From positions 6,623 through 70,622 of the forward strand of contig MU006092.1 in assembly GCA_010093705.1 (NCBI GenBank): a DNA stretch of 64,000 bases, given 5' to 3'. Position numbers and translations under genes: made by a program. Under the pieces are notes generated by a model that had not been told where the DNA came from, searched no databases, and worked only from the letters and a program-made list of their open reading frames with translations. Source of the stretch: Patellaria atrata CBS 101060. Lineage: Eukaryota. The first letter of the stretch is position 1, and the number at the start of each line of letters is the position of its first letter. Shown piece by piece: positions 49,862 to 62,517 of the stretch.

Positions 49862-51046
49862 GGAAACTGAGCATTTTAAGAATCTTGTTTTGGGATATTG
49901 AATCGTCTCTTCTGCCGAGTTTAGGAGGAAAGCATTCCTCTAGATAAGATTTGATTCTTGGAGTACATTCTATCTCGCTCTTGGATGATATTTTTGCAAC
50001 CGAGTAGTATTAGCTTAAAAAACCCTCTTCCATCAAGGTCAGATAACTCCATTTACGATTCTCGAGGAAAACGGACCACTACTTATCTTCTATCCGTAAT
50101 TAATATAGAGTAGACGCTAAAAATATGCCTACATATTACTTTCCATATTTGATTATAGTTTCGGATATTATAATCTAGGCTAGATACTATAAGTAAAGAG
50201 TATTGTTAGGTTAATGTCTAAGCTAAGGCATTCTACCTGCTCGATAATAATATCGCTAACCCGCTATCTCATCCTCCTTAGAAAGAGGGTGGAGCATATA
50301 CGATATGTTATACAGGTAGAGCCGCTTTACGGTCGGGGTGTTCTATGCTCACATTCCTTCTTTTCTTGGGCTTTTTGCAGGCGTTTCTCTTGGTGAGGAC
50401 GTTGCGAAGAGAACCTAAGATCAAGACATGGACAATAGCGGTTCTCTCTCATTTCAAAGCTCGAACTTCAAGGTCAAACGTTTCTTTGATAACAAATCCT
50501 ATTAATTACTACCAAGCTACTTTACCCTGTTTCCCGTACCTTTTCAGCCTCCTAAATATAAACCGAAATACATGATTTGTGTTTGATGATTATGAGTGAT
50601 AGGACCCACGACATTCATATGCTTATTTGATTCCCAACAACGGAAGATAGACGTAATGAGAATATGGGTATATGAAGACGCGCGGGAAGAAGGAATACAA
50701 CGCCGAGGATAGTAAGTCGTAAGGTAGAGTTATCGTGAAGTTAAAATGGTAATACTTATCTGATAGAAACCAAGATATGATAGTATGGGTAATTGAACGA
50801 CAGGATTCCATGCAAGTATTGATATTCGTATATTGAATGCATAGAGAAAAAGAGGATATAAAGCGGGAATAGATGAAATGACCGCCGATGGCAGACACCA
50901 ATGTAAGGCGTTATCAAAAAGGACTAGTACAACTGACAAAACTTGAGTTATAATGAGAATACACCACTTGAATGAACAGCTACATGTACATCTACAGTTA
51001 CACTGACCTACTTGAACATAACAAAGGGAACCGCCGTGAAAGTGCT

Positions 51047-51994
51047 TCAGAGTCTGGCTGAAAAGCTTGAGGTTGTTGGTGAGGATGGTTTGCTGCATGG
51101 TGGAGTTAGGTATTCCGCCGCATTCTCCATTTCTTTCTGCAGCTGAACAAGCAATTGCTTTAACTTCATATTCTCTTCCTTCAAACCCGCATTCTCTTGC
51201 CTCAGATCAGCATCCTCTTCTTTGAGCGCGTTTAGGTCCTTTTTCTGCCTCCGGATCACCGCATTTACTTGTGTAAGAATTTCGTTTTTGTTGTACTTCA
51301 GCTTAGCTTTTTTGCCGTTATTGGAATTCTGCTGTATGGTTCCGGTCCAGCCATCGGCAATGAGGAATTCCTCCAGCTCAGAGATGAGCCGCTTGGAGTC
51401 TCCACGACGGTCACGCTCTTTAATAACTTTGCGGTCTTTTGTTTTCTCCACTCTGCCGCCTGTGACTCGGTTGAGATATTCCGTGGACCTTTTGCAAAGT
51501 GGTAACGATAAATGCCGAGGTGAGGAATGTGCGGCGGATTCACACAAAGCTATGGGAGAAATGGTGACAGATGGCTTACACCTTGTGCAATTGGGACTAT
51601 GTCCATTCTCGGGGTTTATGAGATGACAAATGCAGGGCAACGCATTAGGGCTTGATGGTTGAACGGTTGGTGATGTGGGTTGTAGAGCCGGTAAGGCTGC
51701 ATTGAAAAACGAAAGAGATGGATTTGAATTACTCGACTGTGGGGTAAATCGACGAATGGATGGCTTGTTGACTGGATGATCGGGACTCCGGTTATGGCTT
51801 GATTCTTCGAGTGTCATATTGTATTGACCTTGATGGATAGAATGGGTTTCTGGAAGGGAGAGTCTGATGAGAAGATTAGACGCAAGATGGAAATAGACTA
51901 AGCTATATGTGACGTACCTTCGATCTACTTCCATTTGGGTACTCGTATGAAAAGGAGTAGCATATAGCTGCGGCAGATATTTGCAGAATGTCAT
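51047..51994 (-). CDS. Divergent bHLH-leucine-zipper transcription factor (start may be 51934; probable in-frame intron ~51866-51917)
   Basis: KDRKVIKERDRRGDSKRLISELEEFL...KYNKNEILTQVNAVIR followed by heptad LKEEDADLRQENAGLKEENMKL. Confidence 0.65.
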   Translation of the reverse strand: MTFCKYLPQLYATPFHTSTQMEVDRRYVTYSLVYFHLASNLLIRLSLPETHSIHQGQYNMTLEESSHNRSPDHPVNKPSIRRFTPQSSNSNPSLSFFNAALPALQPTSPTVQPSSPNALPCICHLINPENGHSPNCTRCKPSVTISPIALCESAAHSSPRHLSLPLCKRSTEYLNRVTGGRVEKTKDRKVIKERDRRGDSKRLISELEEFLIADGWTGTIQQNSNNGKKAKLKYNKNEILTQVNAVIRRQKKDLNALKEEDADLRQENAGLKEENMKLKQLLVQLQKEMENAAEYLTPPCSKPSSPTTSSFSARL

Positions 51995-52788
51995 AATTTC
52001 TCACAGCACAACGTAAAAACAGAGAGCCACCCAATTGAGAGAAAGAGAGGTGCGATGTAGCGTTCGAGATGTACTCTATCAGAGATTGTACCTAACAACA
52101 AGAAACTCAGGATGCTTCTTCTGCGAGGATCCCATATTTAAGACATCCATCACGAGATGGGAAATCGAGCTAAGGCGCTCAAAAGCCAACAGCTGCATTA
52201 GCAATCGAGGCAGCCACATCAGTTTAGGTTGGGGGTTGCAGTGGACAGTCACTCGCCGGACAGTTTGGCGATACCGGGCTACGACATCTGTCAACGAAAG
52301 AGATCCACCTACCTGCTCGACAGAAGTTGGAGACATCTCTCAACGGTGGGATTGTGGTCGGCGACTAATTGATTGGTAGTCCTCTAGCCTGAGAGAAATC
52401 AGATCAGCGACTTCGCGGCATCCCTTGCAGATTTCCGGCTTAAGACATGTGAAACAGTTGTAGTAGAACTAGACAAAACTAAACATGTGCAGCGGGTAGA
52501 AATCGCGAAGTCCGCGAGAGCAAGATCCCAGACAAAGCAGATCTAACAGTTGTAGGCACAATGAACGTGTTATTGCGTGAGATTTGCTGCTTAGGTGCTT
52601 GCTGAGGTGCTGCTGGGACTCGCGAATGACAGCTCTCGAGGTGATACAGCACGGTCAGTACGAGTAGCAGTAAGAGAAAGCTATGAACGTGCACAGTTAC
52701 AGGTCTAAGTGCACTCTCTTGCAGACCTTGGACCTTTTTCCATGTCGTTAACCGACCATAGGTGGGGGGGAGGGAAGAGGAGGGGAGT

Positions 52789-52809
52789 GGGTTTGGGTTT
52801 GGGTTTGGG
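52789..52809 (+). repeat. (GGGTTT)3GGG microsatellite, G-quadruplex-forming consensus
   Basis: Four GGG tracts with 3-nt loops, preceded by further G tracts from 52761. Confidence 0.7.
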
Positions 52810-53690
52810 TTAAAGTAAAAAGTGAGGAGCATGCCCTCTAAACAGACATAAGAGGCGTAGGAGGCGTCTACGATCGTTACAAGGACTTGTATGCACGTAT
52901 ACTGGTCGATCTAGATGCGCGACATTGGCCTACCTTAGTCGATGGTGGAGTAGAGCGATGCCGTAAAGAAGACCTGACCCCGGGGAAGGGGAAGCCCTGG
53001 GGGACGAGCCGATCTGGCTACGGTATCTTAGTCTTCGGGCCGAAGTCTAGACAGCCGCTGTGGCCATGACTGGAAAAAAAAAAAAGTGACAGGAATCACA
53101 ACATGGACTGATCAAAATGAGGAACGGGAAGCAGTCGCACGAGTATATGAAGTCAAATGTCGTACAGCTTTCCTGCGTACCAATGGGCTCGTTCGGCATG
53201 AAAGCCATGTTGCATATTCATCTAGCCGACGGGCGAGTGCTCGACTTGTCCGTATTGCGTCTATCGCGCGTTTCCTTGTTTCACATCAGCGCAGGCGCAT
53301 TCTGTTTTGTATGATTATATTCCAATATGGACAAGAGAGGCATACCTTATAAACATGAATTTGTAAGAGAGAAAGAGGACGCATCTGAAAAGCTCGCATT
53401 AAACCAGCACTAGAAAGCAAACAACCAAAGAGTCATTTTTGAAGCAACGACATTAATACCTCCAAGACTTTCCATATTCCTTGATGCCTCTATGTCCTAC
53501 GTACACGCAACCCCACAAAAGCTACACTCAACAAACTTGCAAATTCTGCCATGCAACTTGAATCGAGAGAATGTGACGCTCAAAAGCAAGCTCGATGCTT
53601 CACTAGGTGAGATTGTACCAAACAAGACATCCCAGATTAGTCTATGCGATTAAGATGAAATACGAGAACGCCGGCATTACTGAACGTCGC

Positions 53691-55070
53691 CTACAAGAGA
53701 CCGAACATTGTTGCAAGAACACCAAAGAGACCAATGGCCGCCGTGGAGGAAACATCCAAATGACCAGCAGCCCCGGTATCGGTCGCAGAACTACCGGAAG
53801 ACGTCCTGGTAGGGTTGGTGGTAGCGTCACCGGGTGTTTCTACGCCCGGAACGCATTGATATTCACCCCGGATAGGCTTGTTACGGCCGGACATTGCTTT
53901 AAAACCATCGCACTGTTCCTCGATTTCATCAGAAGATGACTGGATGTTGAAAGCACCTTGAACAAGGTTTATCTCGTCCATGACAACGCTGTAACAAATA
54001 GTTAGGACATATTTAACAACGGCCAGACGGTGTAGGACTTACCTCGTAAAGTTACCGCTGAAGTCGAGAGCACCACGGACGGTTACTAAAGCTGGGAAGT
54101 CGAGCTCCAGAAGATCAGGGTTGTTGCTGATCTTGAATCCACCACCGACAGTCTCGAGTTCCGGAAGAGACAAGTTTGCAAGATTGAGGTTATCTTGGAA
54201 CAAGAGCCCACCGACAGTAGTAAGATTTGGCATGCCAAAGCTTTCGAACTTGGTACTGAAGAATCCGACTGTTCCGTTAACAGACTCGAGAGAAGGAAGT
54301 TTGACATCAGAGCAGTTGCGGAAAGTCAAGTTTTGTGCGGTTTCCAAGAGTGGGAACTGGACCATAAGGTCTTCACCGTTTCCGGAAATAATTAGGGTTC
54401 TTGAGACTTTTACCAGGTCTAATTGAAGCTGAGTAAGTAGGCCATTGTTGACTAAGGTAAATTCATTAACAGCATCGACACCGATGCCATCGATAGAACT
54501 GAGCTGGGTGTTGTCGATGTTGACAACAGAGACGGATGAGATACCAGCGGCGAAGCCCAAGTTTCGCAGATTGGCCAGACCAACCCATTGGATTGTGTCG
54601 ATATCGGTAAGGCTGTCCATGCTAATGCTCGCCAAGTTCTGGTTGTCCCTCAACTCGAATGTATCGGCGATCTCCTCCAATTGGGGGGCACTAATGGTAT
54701 TCAAGTTTGTGACGTTGACAGCAGACAAACTGCCATCGATGCTTCGCACACCGGGGATTGTGATATCACCTTCGACACTAGTCGCCAGGGCGATGTTGCC
54801 AGAGAATGTTCGGCAGCTCGACAAAGCTGATGCATCAGAAGGATTCTCAATGGTGAGAGTAGCGGTGGTGCTGCACTGGGCTATCACGCGGATCTATTAG
54901 CTACAACGACCAAGGATAGCGTAATGGAGTATTTGAATAATTATGAGAACCAGCTATTAGGGACATGCTCCCGTTGATAGCTAAAGCATGCAACAAAGTT
55001 CATAAGTTGACATACCTTGAGCAGCACCAGCAGCCGCAAGGACTGGTAGGATGTATTTGACAACGGACAT
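53691..55070 (-). CDS. ECM33: GPI-anchored cell-wall protein Ecm33 (3 exons)
   Basis: Signal peptide MSVVKYILPVLAAAGAAQ, receptor-L-like repeats (NLSLPELETVGGGFKISNN, VRGALDFSGNF), Ser/Thr stalk and hydrophobic GPI tail. Confidence 0.9.
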
Positions 55071-58000
55071 TATGCAAATGCGTAATTGAGTAACTGTGAG
55101 GAAGACAAAAGTCAATTGATGCGGATGACGCGTCTCGAGTGATGGATGAGTCTCGATCGATGGATATTGATGGTGGAACGTACGTGAAGTGAGTAAGTCT
55201 TGGGTTTGTTTAGCAAGATAAATGTAGCGAACGTAAGAAGGGAAGAAAACGAGAGAAGAAATAAGAGATCAAATGCCAACGAGAGTAGTCTGGAAGGCGT
55301 GGCTGAGAAGAATGAGACTTCTGGCTACAGAAACTCTTTTTGTTGTGTCGAGGTGGAAGAAAAGAGAGGAGAGGCAGGCAAAAGGGATGAGTTTTAGTTG
55401 GGGGGTGTCTTGCGTTGCTGGGTTGGCTCGGAGCTAGCAGGTATCTAAGGACTAGCGCATTTCTTGGCTAGAGCGACTGGTTCGTGCCTGTTAAAGTTGT
55501 TAACACACAGCAGGGACGTATGCAAAACAACATTCCTTTCCTTTCAATTGGTCACGTTAAAACAATTCCTACATGTACTTAGTTGATTACAGCTGCTCGT
55601 GCTGCTCTTACATATGTTGTAAACCTCTTTAACAAGATGGTGTTATCGAAAAGGTATCCTACAAGGATTTTGGAAGAAGCGCGCACGAAACTCGAGGACT
55701 CACAAGCGAACAGCACGCGCAAAAACACCGATTTCAGATACGTACATTATCCTTGAAGGGTAAAGGGAACTGATGAGTTTCTGATACTGTACTGTACTGT
55801 ACACATGGATGACGCTTAAGATAATCTCAATACGGCATCAGCGTTTGACTCTTTTAAGAAAACCTGTTCCATACCTAGCTGCAACATTATCAAGAATAAA
55901 CTACAGTATCTTCTCGGTCATGCTACACCTCAGTGTGAACTCTCTCTCACCACCAATTCAATAATGGTCGAAAACTGGAATCTACCTGAGACTTCTTCGC
56001 TGTAATTGAAACATGCACATGAAAGACGGCGTTCTTCTTTTAGCTGTTTACCTTTCCTTACTAATTAAGATGAATTTCCTTATTTAGTATAGAACATGGT
56101 CTACGCTGCTTTTGGCTGGAGGTTATGAAACTCAACACACCCTCCGTGCCAACCCTGTTGTATCAATCTCGGATGGGCGTCCGCTGTGCATGCTTTTGAG
56201 CCTTTGCGCCTCAGACTTTGCCCGATATAGACTCGATGTAATCATCGTAATCACGGTAATCCTGCTGCTCAATCTCCGTGAACACTGAACAGGACAACAG
56301 GCTGCGTACCTCCTATCTTTTGAATTTCTTTTTCATCTTATTATTATTGTGATTAGAACAATAATGCATCTATACAGGATTTATCAAGTCATTGAGCATG
56401 GCTGATAAGGTAGGAACGATCCCATCTGGCACATCTTTCGTCAGAAGATGGGGAAAAATCAGGTATCTCGAAAAGACTTACGAGTCCTTAGCCCACCCAG
56501 TCAACCAATAACTTGGTGGCACTGGTGGCATTATTGGTATATGGCAGGGAAGGCATAAGGTAACATCATGATACTGTATCGCTAAAATGAATCTACAGTA
56601 CAACGGCGGCAGATGCTCTTTTCAAGATTTACGGTATCGCTGCCGCATCTCATCGGCGTTGCCAAGTTTTGTCTTTTCCAGAACTCCTCAGCTTTCGCGA
56701 TGCCGCCACGTCTCCCACTTTGAGTTAAAGGTACCTAATTCAAGAGATCTACACCAGTCTGTTTTAGTCGTTATTAGTTTCGTTTCTCACACAAAGCTCT
56801 ACAGTACAGTACAACATGTGTTTAACTTCGATCATTTCGTCAGTTTCATGGAAACGTCGACCTTTATTCAAGTTATTCAATTGACCTCTGCGACGATTCC
56901 CCGAATATACTGCCACCGCCAACGGCAAGAATCCTCCCTCGCCAACAAAAGTTTCGAGAGACCTTCGAGACGTATGGCTACAAAGTCGAGTCATACATTC
57001 GAACTTTACTGATACAGGTCACATTGATAGCGAAAGTCTTTCTAAGCATCAATGCCAAAATAGAATCGTTGATCCGTAGGATCGCTGCCCAGGAGTATTA
57101 GGACTAACAAGCCCGCTTTATCTACATACAATAACATCTACGCCGACAGTTAGAAACAAGCATTGACGAATGATTCTGTAAAAGTTCAACATAACACACT
57201 AGAATCTGCCCAACTTGAGAGAATGAGCTGCTGTATCACAATAATAATTGCCACAACCGCGTACACCGCTCTTATCCGATCCTACCGGCAGCCCGCTTCC
57301 GTTTGCCTTGAACTCCGCTCGGGCCGACGCAGCTCTTCCCCGAGGAAACTCGCACCATCCCGTCCCATTTGGGATTCTGTTTTTCCCGTTTCCTCATCTT
57401 GTAGTCTTTCTGAGGGAAAGCACACCATCCCGTTTAACTTTGCCGTCACACCCGTCACACCTGACGGCGTTCCTTCTTCCTTCTCTCTCTTTCTGTACCT
57501 TATGCTCTCAAATACCTACGTTACCCCATCAGGTCACACCGCCTCTATCGGTTCAAAACTTCAACTTTGCTCAAAAAATTCCCTTAAATTCCGTATCCAT
57601 CAAGTCCAGGCTATGCAAACAAAGAAAAAACAAAATTATGTCAACCCCACCTCAGCAGCCGTAGCACCAGCGCGCATATGCACCGCCGTTAGGCTGTTTG
57701 GCGATGGGGCGATGCGATGCGATGCGAGATGCCGTGTCTCGTGCTACATCTACCGGGCAAGGGATTGTGCGACGCACGAATGCCCCAAATGAGTAGTGGT
57801 AGAAGTGAGGGAGGGCAATATGATATGACGTGCATGATGTAAAAGAGTTTTTCTTCCTTCTCTTTGTTAGTTTGGGTTATGGGTCGGGTGGATCCTGTGA
57901 TGCGGATGTTGCTGTTAAGTTGCGTTGGGAAGGTTTGCGGTTGGTCGGCGAACAGGGAAGAGGGTGGGCGATCGAGAAGAAATGGGCCAGGAGAAAGATG

Positions 58001-58788
58001 GGTAAGGTAGTGATCTGCGTGGGGTAAGAAATCTTCTTTGTTCTTCTGCTTGACGAGATCGTGAAACGTAGGGATCGAGGTTGGTGCAAAAAGAGTAGAC
58101 TTCGAGATTATTTTCCTCACGTGTCAAAAGAAGCGGATATCAGATTTCGTGTTCTTCTGGGTGCTGTACGGTACTCTCGCTGTATATATTTTAAAGGGTA
58201 ATGGAATCTCTCTCAATCAGGTAGAACTGAGAAGTAAACTTACGCTAATCTTGTATACGAAGCGCTTGCGCGTTCTCAATCATGATTCCCTCAACGTGCT
58301 CATCTCATCCTGCCCGCCCCTTTCCCCTTCACCTCTTGACACTTCTTTCTATAATGGAATTCTTGAAAATGGTGGATCTTGCGAATGAAACGAGCGTTGC
58401 TACTCGCCTACATCACTACAAGGTGGAAATTTTGAAAGAAAAAATGAAGAAAAAAAAGCTCTACACACGTGGTCCACGGAAGATATCTGGAAAAACTCGA
58501 GAACCTTCAGCAGGAATCTTACTCCTTGGGGTTCGGTTGTATACAGTTTAAGTGAGAAGTCTCGTTGACGAAAGCATGCAATCACTACTGGGGGAAGAAA
58601 TAATTGCTTCAGCAACCCTATGAGGACTGAACTTTGAAATCATTGAGATCTATTAGTACACTAGTATTTCTCCACCTAGCACACAGAGACCAGAGATCCA
58701 ACTGAGATAATGCAGTGATTTTAGACTTTGCCTCCAACATTCAGATAATGAGAAATGAAACAATTGGGTATAAGAGAGGATACTTTCC

Positions 58789-60202
58789 TTAGGTGGCGAT
58801 GGCATCAATGTTGACATCTTCCATTTTCCACATATACCACATGAACAGACTCCTGCGATGTATTAGTATATGTTCATGCTAGCATACGGCGTTGTGAGAC
58901 TTACCTGTACGGCGCGAACTTTGCTGAGTGCTCAAGCATGTCCTCTTCACTCATATACTTCCATTTTCCTGACTTCCCTTTCAACTTGTTGACATCTTTG
59001 CCTTGCCACACTGCCATACCTCGTCTACAACTTCATTAGCGCACACGCATTCTTACTAGCTATGACTATGACACCGGGGAAGAGAGTGGCACTCACTGAA
59101 CACCCAAATCTCCAGTCGAAAATACATCCATTCTCTTCAAAGTGAAGCACTCAAACATCTCCACACTCCACTTTCCTAGTCCTCGGATAGCAACTAAGGT
59201 TTTCATCACCTCCTCATCGGTAGCGTGAACCAACATGCGTGCACTGAGTTCCCCGGAAGCGAATCTCTCCGCTACACCTTGGATGTACTCCGCTTTACGG
59301 CCCGAGAGTCCAGCAGTACGGAGATATTCGACGTTGGCGGCAGCAACGGCTGATGGATGTGGGAAGTACGACTCATTTGATGAATCCGGGGACGGAAAAA
59401 GTGAGATGAATTTATTCTTGATGGATTTGGCAGCTGCGCCAGAAACCTTCAAGAAGACGACGTTACAACCATGTTTAGGTAAACATCTATCTTCATAGTT
59501 TTAACATACCTGTTGTGCCATTATCATACTTGCCAGATTCTTCCATGGCTCCACTGCTTCTGCTAGCCCTTCGGGACTGAAGATCCTGCATGGAAACTTC
59601 TCGATCACCTTCTTCAGACCCGGATCCACGCTTATTAGATGCGCTTCTGCCTCTTTGAGCAGCTCCTTGGTTGTGGTGGTAGGGAGAGGGAGATTCACAG
59701 CTGCCTCCCACGGTCCGTTAGCGAGCTTATCGTACGCCAACACCCTCGAGCCTCCGGGAGTCGCTAAGGGCGCATTTGTAGCATGCGGTTCCGCGGGCCG
59801 GGCTTGCGAAGGCGTAAGGGAACTGTCTCCTGGTTGCTTTATTGCCGGAGAGGAGAGTATGCCTACGGTAGCTGGAGTCTTTGGCGGTGAAGGAGCTGCG
59901 GCCTTGCGCTTCTTAGCAGGAGTCGTTGGAGGGGGTATTGGTTCCTCATCTACGGCGACTTTTGATCTTGAGGCAGCTTTTGCAGCCTTCGCAGTTTTAG
60001 CAGCAATAGGAGCCTTAACTGTCTTTGTGACGGCTTTCTTGCTCGCTGCCTTCTTGGGTGCTGCCTTTGGTGGTTCCGGCGATGGATCTCTCTCTTTGCG
60101 CTTCTTTGATATATTGGGTCTTGGCGCTGTCGCATCGTCATTCGTGGCTTCTGCGACCTTAGACGCCTTGTCTGAAATTCTAGAGGAGCGGCGCAACGAC
60201 AT
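58789..60202 (-). CDS. MAG1: DNA-3-methyladenine glycosylase (HhH-GPD), multi-exon
   Basis: IMAQQVSGAAAKSI, GLSGRKAEYI, IRGLGKWSVEMF, DVFSTGDLGVQRG, PYRSLFMWYMW. Confidence 0.92.
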
Positions 60203-61143
60203 AATTCTAGCGAACAAGTGAGGGTACTGAAGCCGGGAGAACTGCTGCCACTGAAGTTACATCGCAATGCTTCTCGCAGAATCGATAATGAGCGAGATTG
60301 ACTTACATTGACGCGAAAGATGTTGAAAACGTTGCGCTTGAAGAGTTGAAGGGGGATTAACATGAAGTGAGCTGACTTGGAAGGTTTCCCGTCGGGGGTG
60401 TTGCGTCACTGCTTGGATCGACGCGCCGGAACTTGCGGACCAGCCTCGGAGGTTGCAGCGAACGTAGCTTCGCGAACACGAAAGCACCTGATTTGTAAGT
60501 TCTAACCGACCAACAAAGAATACATCTGGAGCATCAGACAGAATGGAATACATTGACCAAGGCGATTATGGTAGGAAGTCAGGTATAAACGTATGCTAGG
60601 GATGAAGTTGTGGATTACTTCAAGGTATAATCGTATCCTTCCTTTCCGTCTCAAAGAGTTACCGTAACAACCATGTTCGGGGGTATTCTCGCTCTTCCAT
60701 TACATCCACTGGTATAGAGTGAGTCATTGCTACCTTCATCCAATACCGAGCAATAGGTACTTAGACCTATTAAGCATCTTTTACGCTACCGTACCAATTG
60801 GAGTTTGCTTTCGTATAGGGAGTCATTTGCTTGATGGATTCCGGTAGAGCAGTACAAGAGCTTGACATAGTATCCTCTTACTAGATTAGTTACTGGAAAG
60901 GTACTCGCTGATTCTCTGTTGAAAGACGAGAATTCCATCCATTGATGGGTAGAATGGGGTGGCTGTATGTTGTCGTATAGATAATATATTGCCATCCAGC
61001 GAGATGTCGTCTCGAAAAAAAAAACTTCATCATCAATTGGACTGTTATCGAAGATTTAGTATACAGTCTATTCGCACATATCGGACCCGATCCCTCCAGT
61101 TCGGTATCAACCCGCTGTACAGTCGGTGTTCTCATTCTGGCCC

Positions 61144-61738
61144 TCATTTGTTTTGCTTCATCACCGTCATAGCCTCCAGATCTTCTCTTTCCGCCAATTC
61201 CGCCTCGATTTCTTCGATGATGGGGGTTAAATATTGATAGTCCTAGATCTAGTGTAAGCGGTATGGCCATAAAGGTTACGGGCGATAATCGTACATCCTC
61301 GGGCTTCGTTTGTTCCTCCACAGGGAGTAATTGATGAGATAACGAGCACTATGGAATGTCAGGCTCTGCAACATCCTTCTTAGCATGAGTATCCCTCACC
61401 TGGAAGGCGCGTCGCAGCCTGAAGACACGATCATAGGCTTCATTGGGTGGGAGACGTTTAAGGGCAAGGAGAACGGTCTCGGACTCTTCAGGAATCAAAT
61501 CATCGGCCCTAATGATCAAACAAGCTGTCAGTGGAATCTCCAATGACACAGTCAATCTATCTTTATAGTATTATATCGATATAAGAGCTCAATTGCAAAG
61601 GAGTAAGAGACAATGTGCGTACTTCAGACCGAGCTGCCTGTATCCCGCTGCGGCGGAATACCACGTCGCCAACGGTAACATCCATTTCCGTAGCCACGAT
61701 CTCTTCAAAACAAAATTTGCAACTGATGGCTGCGACAT
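61144..61738 (-). CDS. QCR7: Cytochrome b-c1 complex subunit 7 (4 exons)
   Basis: AAGYRQLGL, DDLIPEESETV, YDRVFRLRRAFQCSLSHQLLP, YLTPIIEEIEAE. Confidence 0.93.
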
Positions 61739-62517
61739 GATTGCGACGAGAAGGAATTGCGAGGGTAGGGGTTATTGTCGAACTTCTGAGATCCGGGAGA
61801 AGATGAATGGAAGGTCGAGAAACAATAAGGCTGGAAGTCCCTTATTAGGTTGAACCTTCGTCAGGAAAGGCGGCTTAGCTAAGCTGAAAAGACTGCAACC
61901 TTACGGTGATAGCTTGTTTATGGTTTTCGTTCCGAGTCCTGCTATAGTTCAAATACATATAGTTAGAGAATACGTTCAAAGATATTCATTATACTAAGTA
62001 GATTATTACCCTTCAATTGAAGTTGATAAGGTGCATCACGTTTCTTTTGAAAGCACTAACAGTAAAGGTTATAGTACAGTAAGGTAAGTTACGGATTACA
62101 GGACTAAGCTGCATTGAAACTGGCCTCACTATTCCCAACCTGGAACTCTACCAAGTTCAGCACCCGCTTCAAGCATCGTGAGATCTCACAGCACCTCATT
62201 GCTCAACCCACCCTAATCCGCCACTACATGCGCCCTCCTTTACAATAGTTTTCTCAATTCACTAGTCCTACCAAGACTTTCGCTCATTCTAGGAGTTCCA
62301 ACATTTAACAGTCGTCAATGGAGCCTCTCAACCGTTAACCATCGTGTCACTCAAGTGCTGCGGGGTCTTCCGCACACTGAGCCAGGCACTCAATAACAAC
62401 AAAGGAAAAGAGGACTTGGACTAACGGGAGCATATCTGCTAGTACAGTTCGTAGGTTCTGCTGTTAGTGCATGTTCGCGCTAATGAAGGTTCGAGTACAG
62501 GAGGGATCGCGGTCAAA

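Noticed and set aside
55070..58780. Large intergenic gap as telomerase RNA locus
   Set aside because: No CCCTAA-type template found on either strand.
5313..60202. TatD, MLH3, MYG1 and MAG1 as a nucleic-acid repair cluster
   Set aside because: They are scattered among unrelated housekeeping genes with no shared organisation.
61057..61065. UGUA-type Puf elements in the QCR7 (TGTATACTA) and RSM25 (TGTATATA, ~7106-7113) 3' UTRs
   Set aside because: Short AT-rich motifs, not distinguishable from chance without conservation data.
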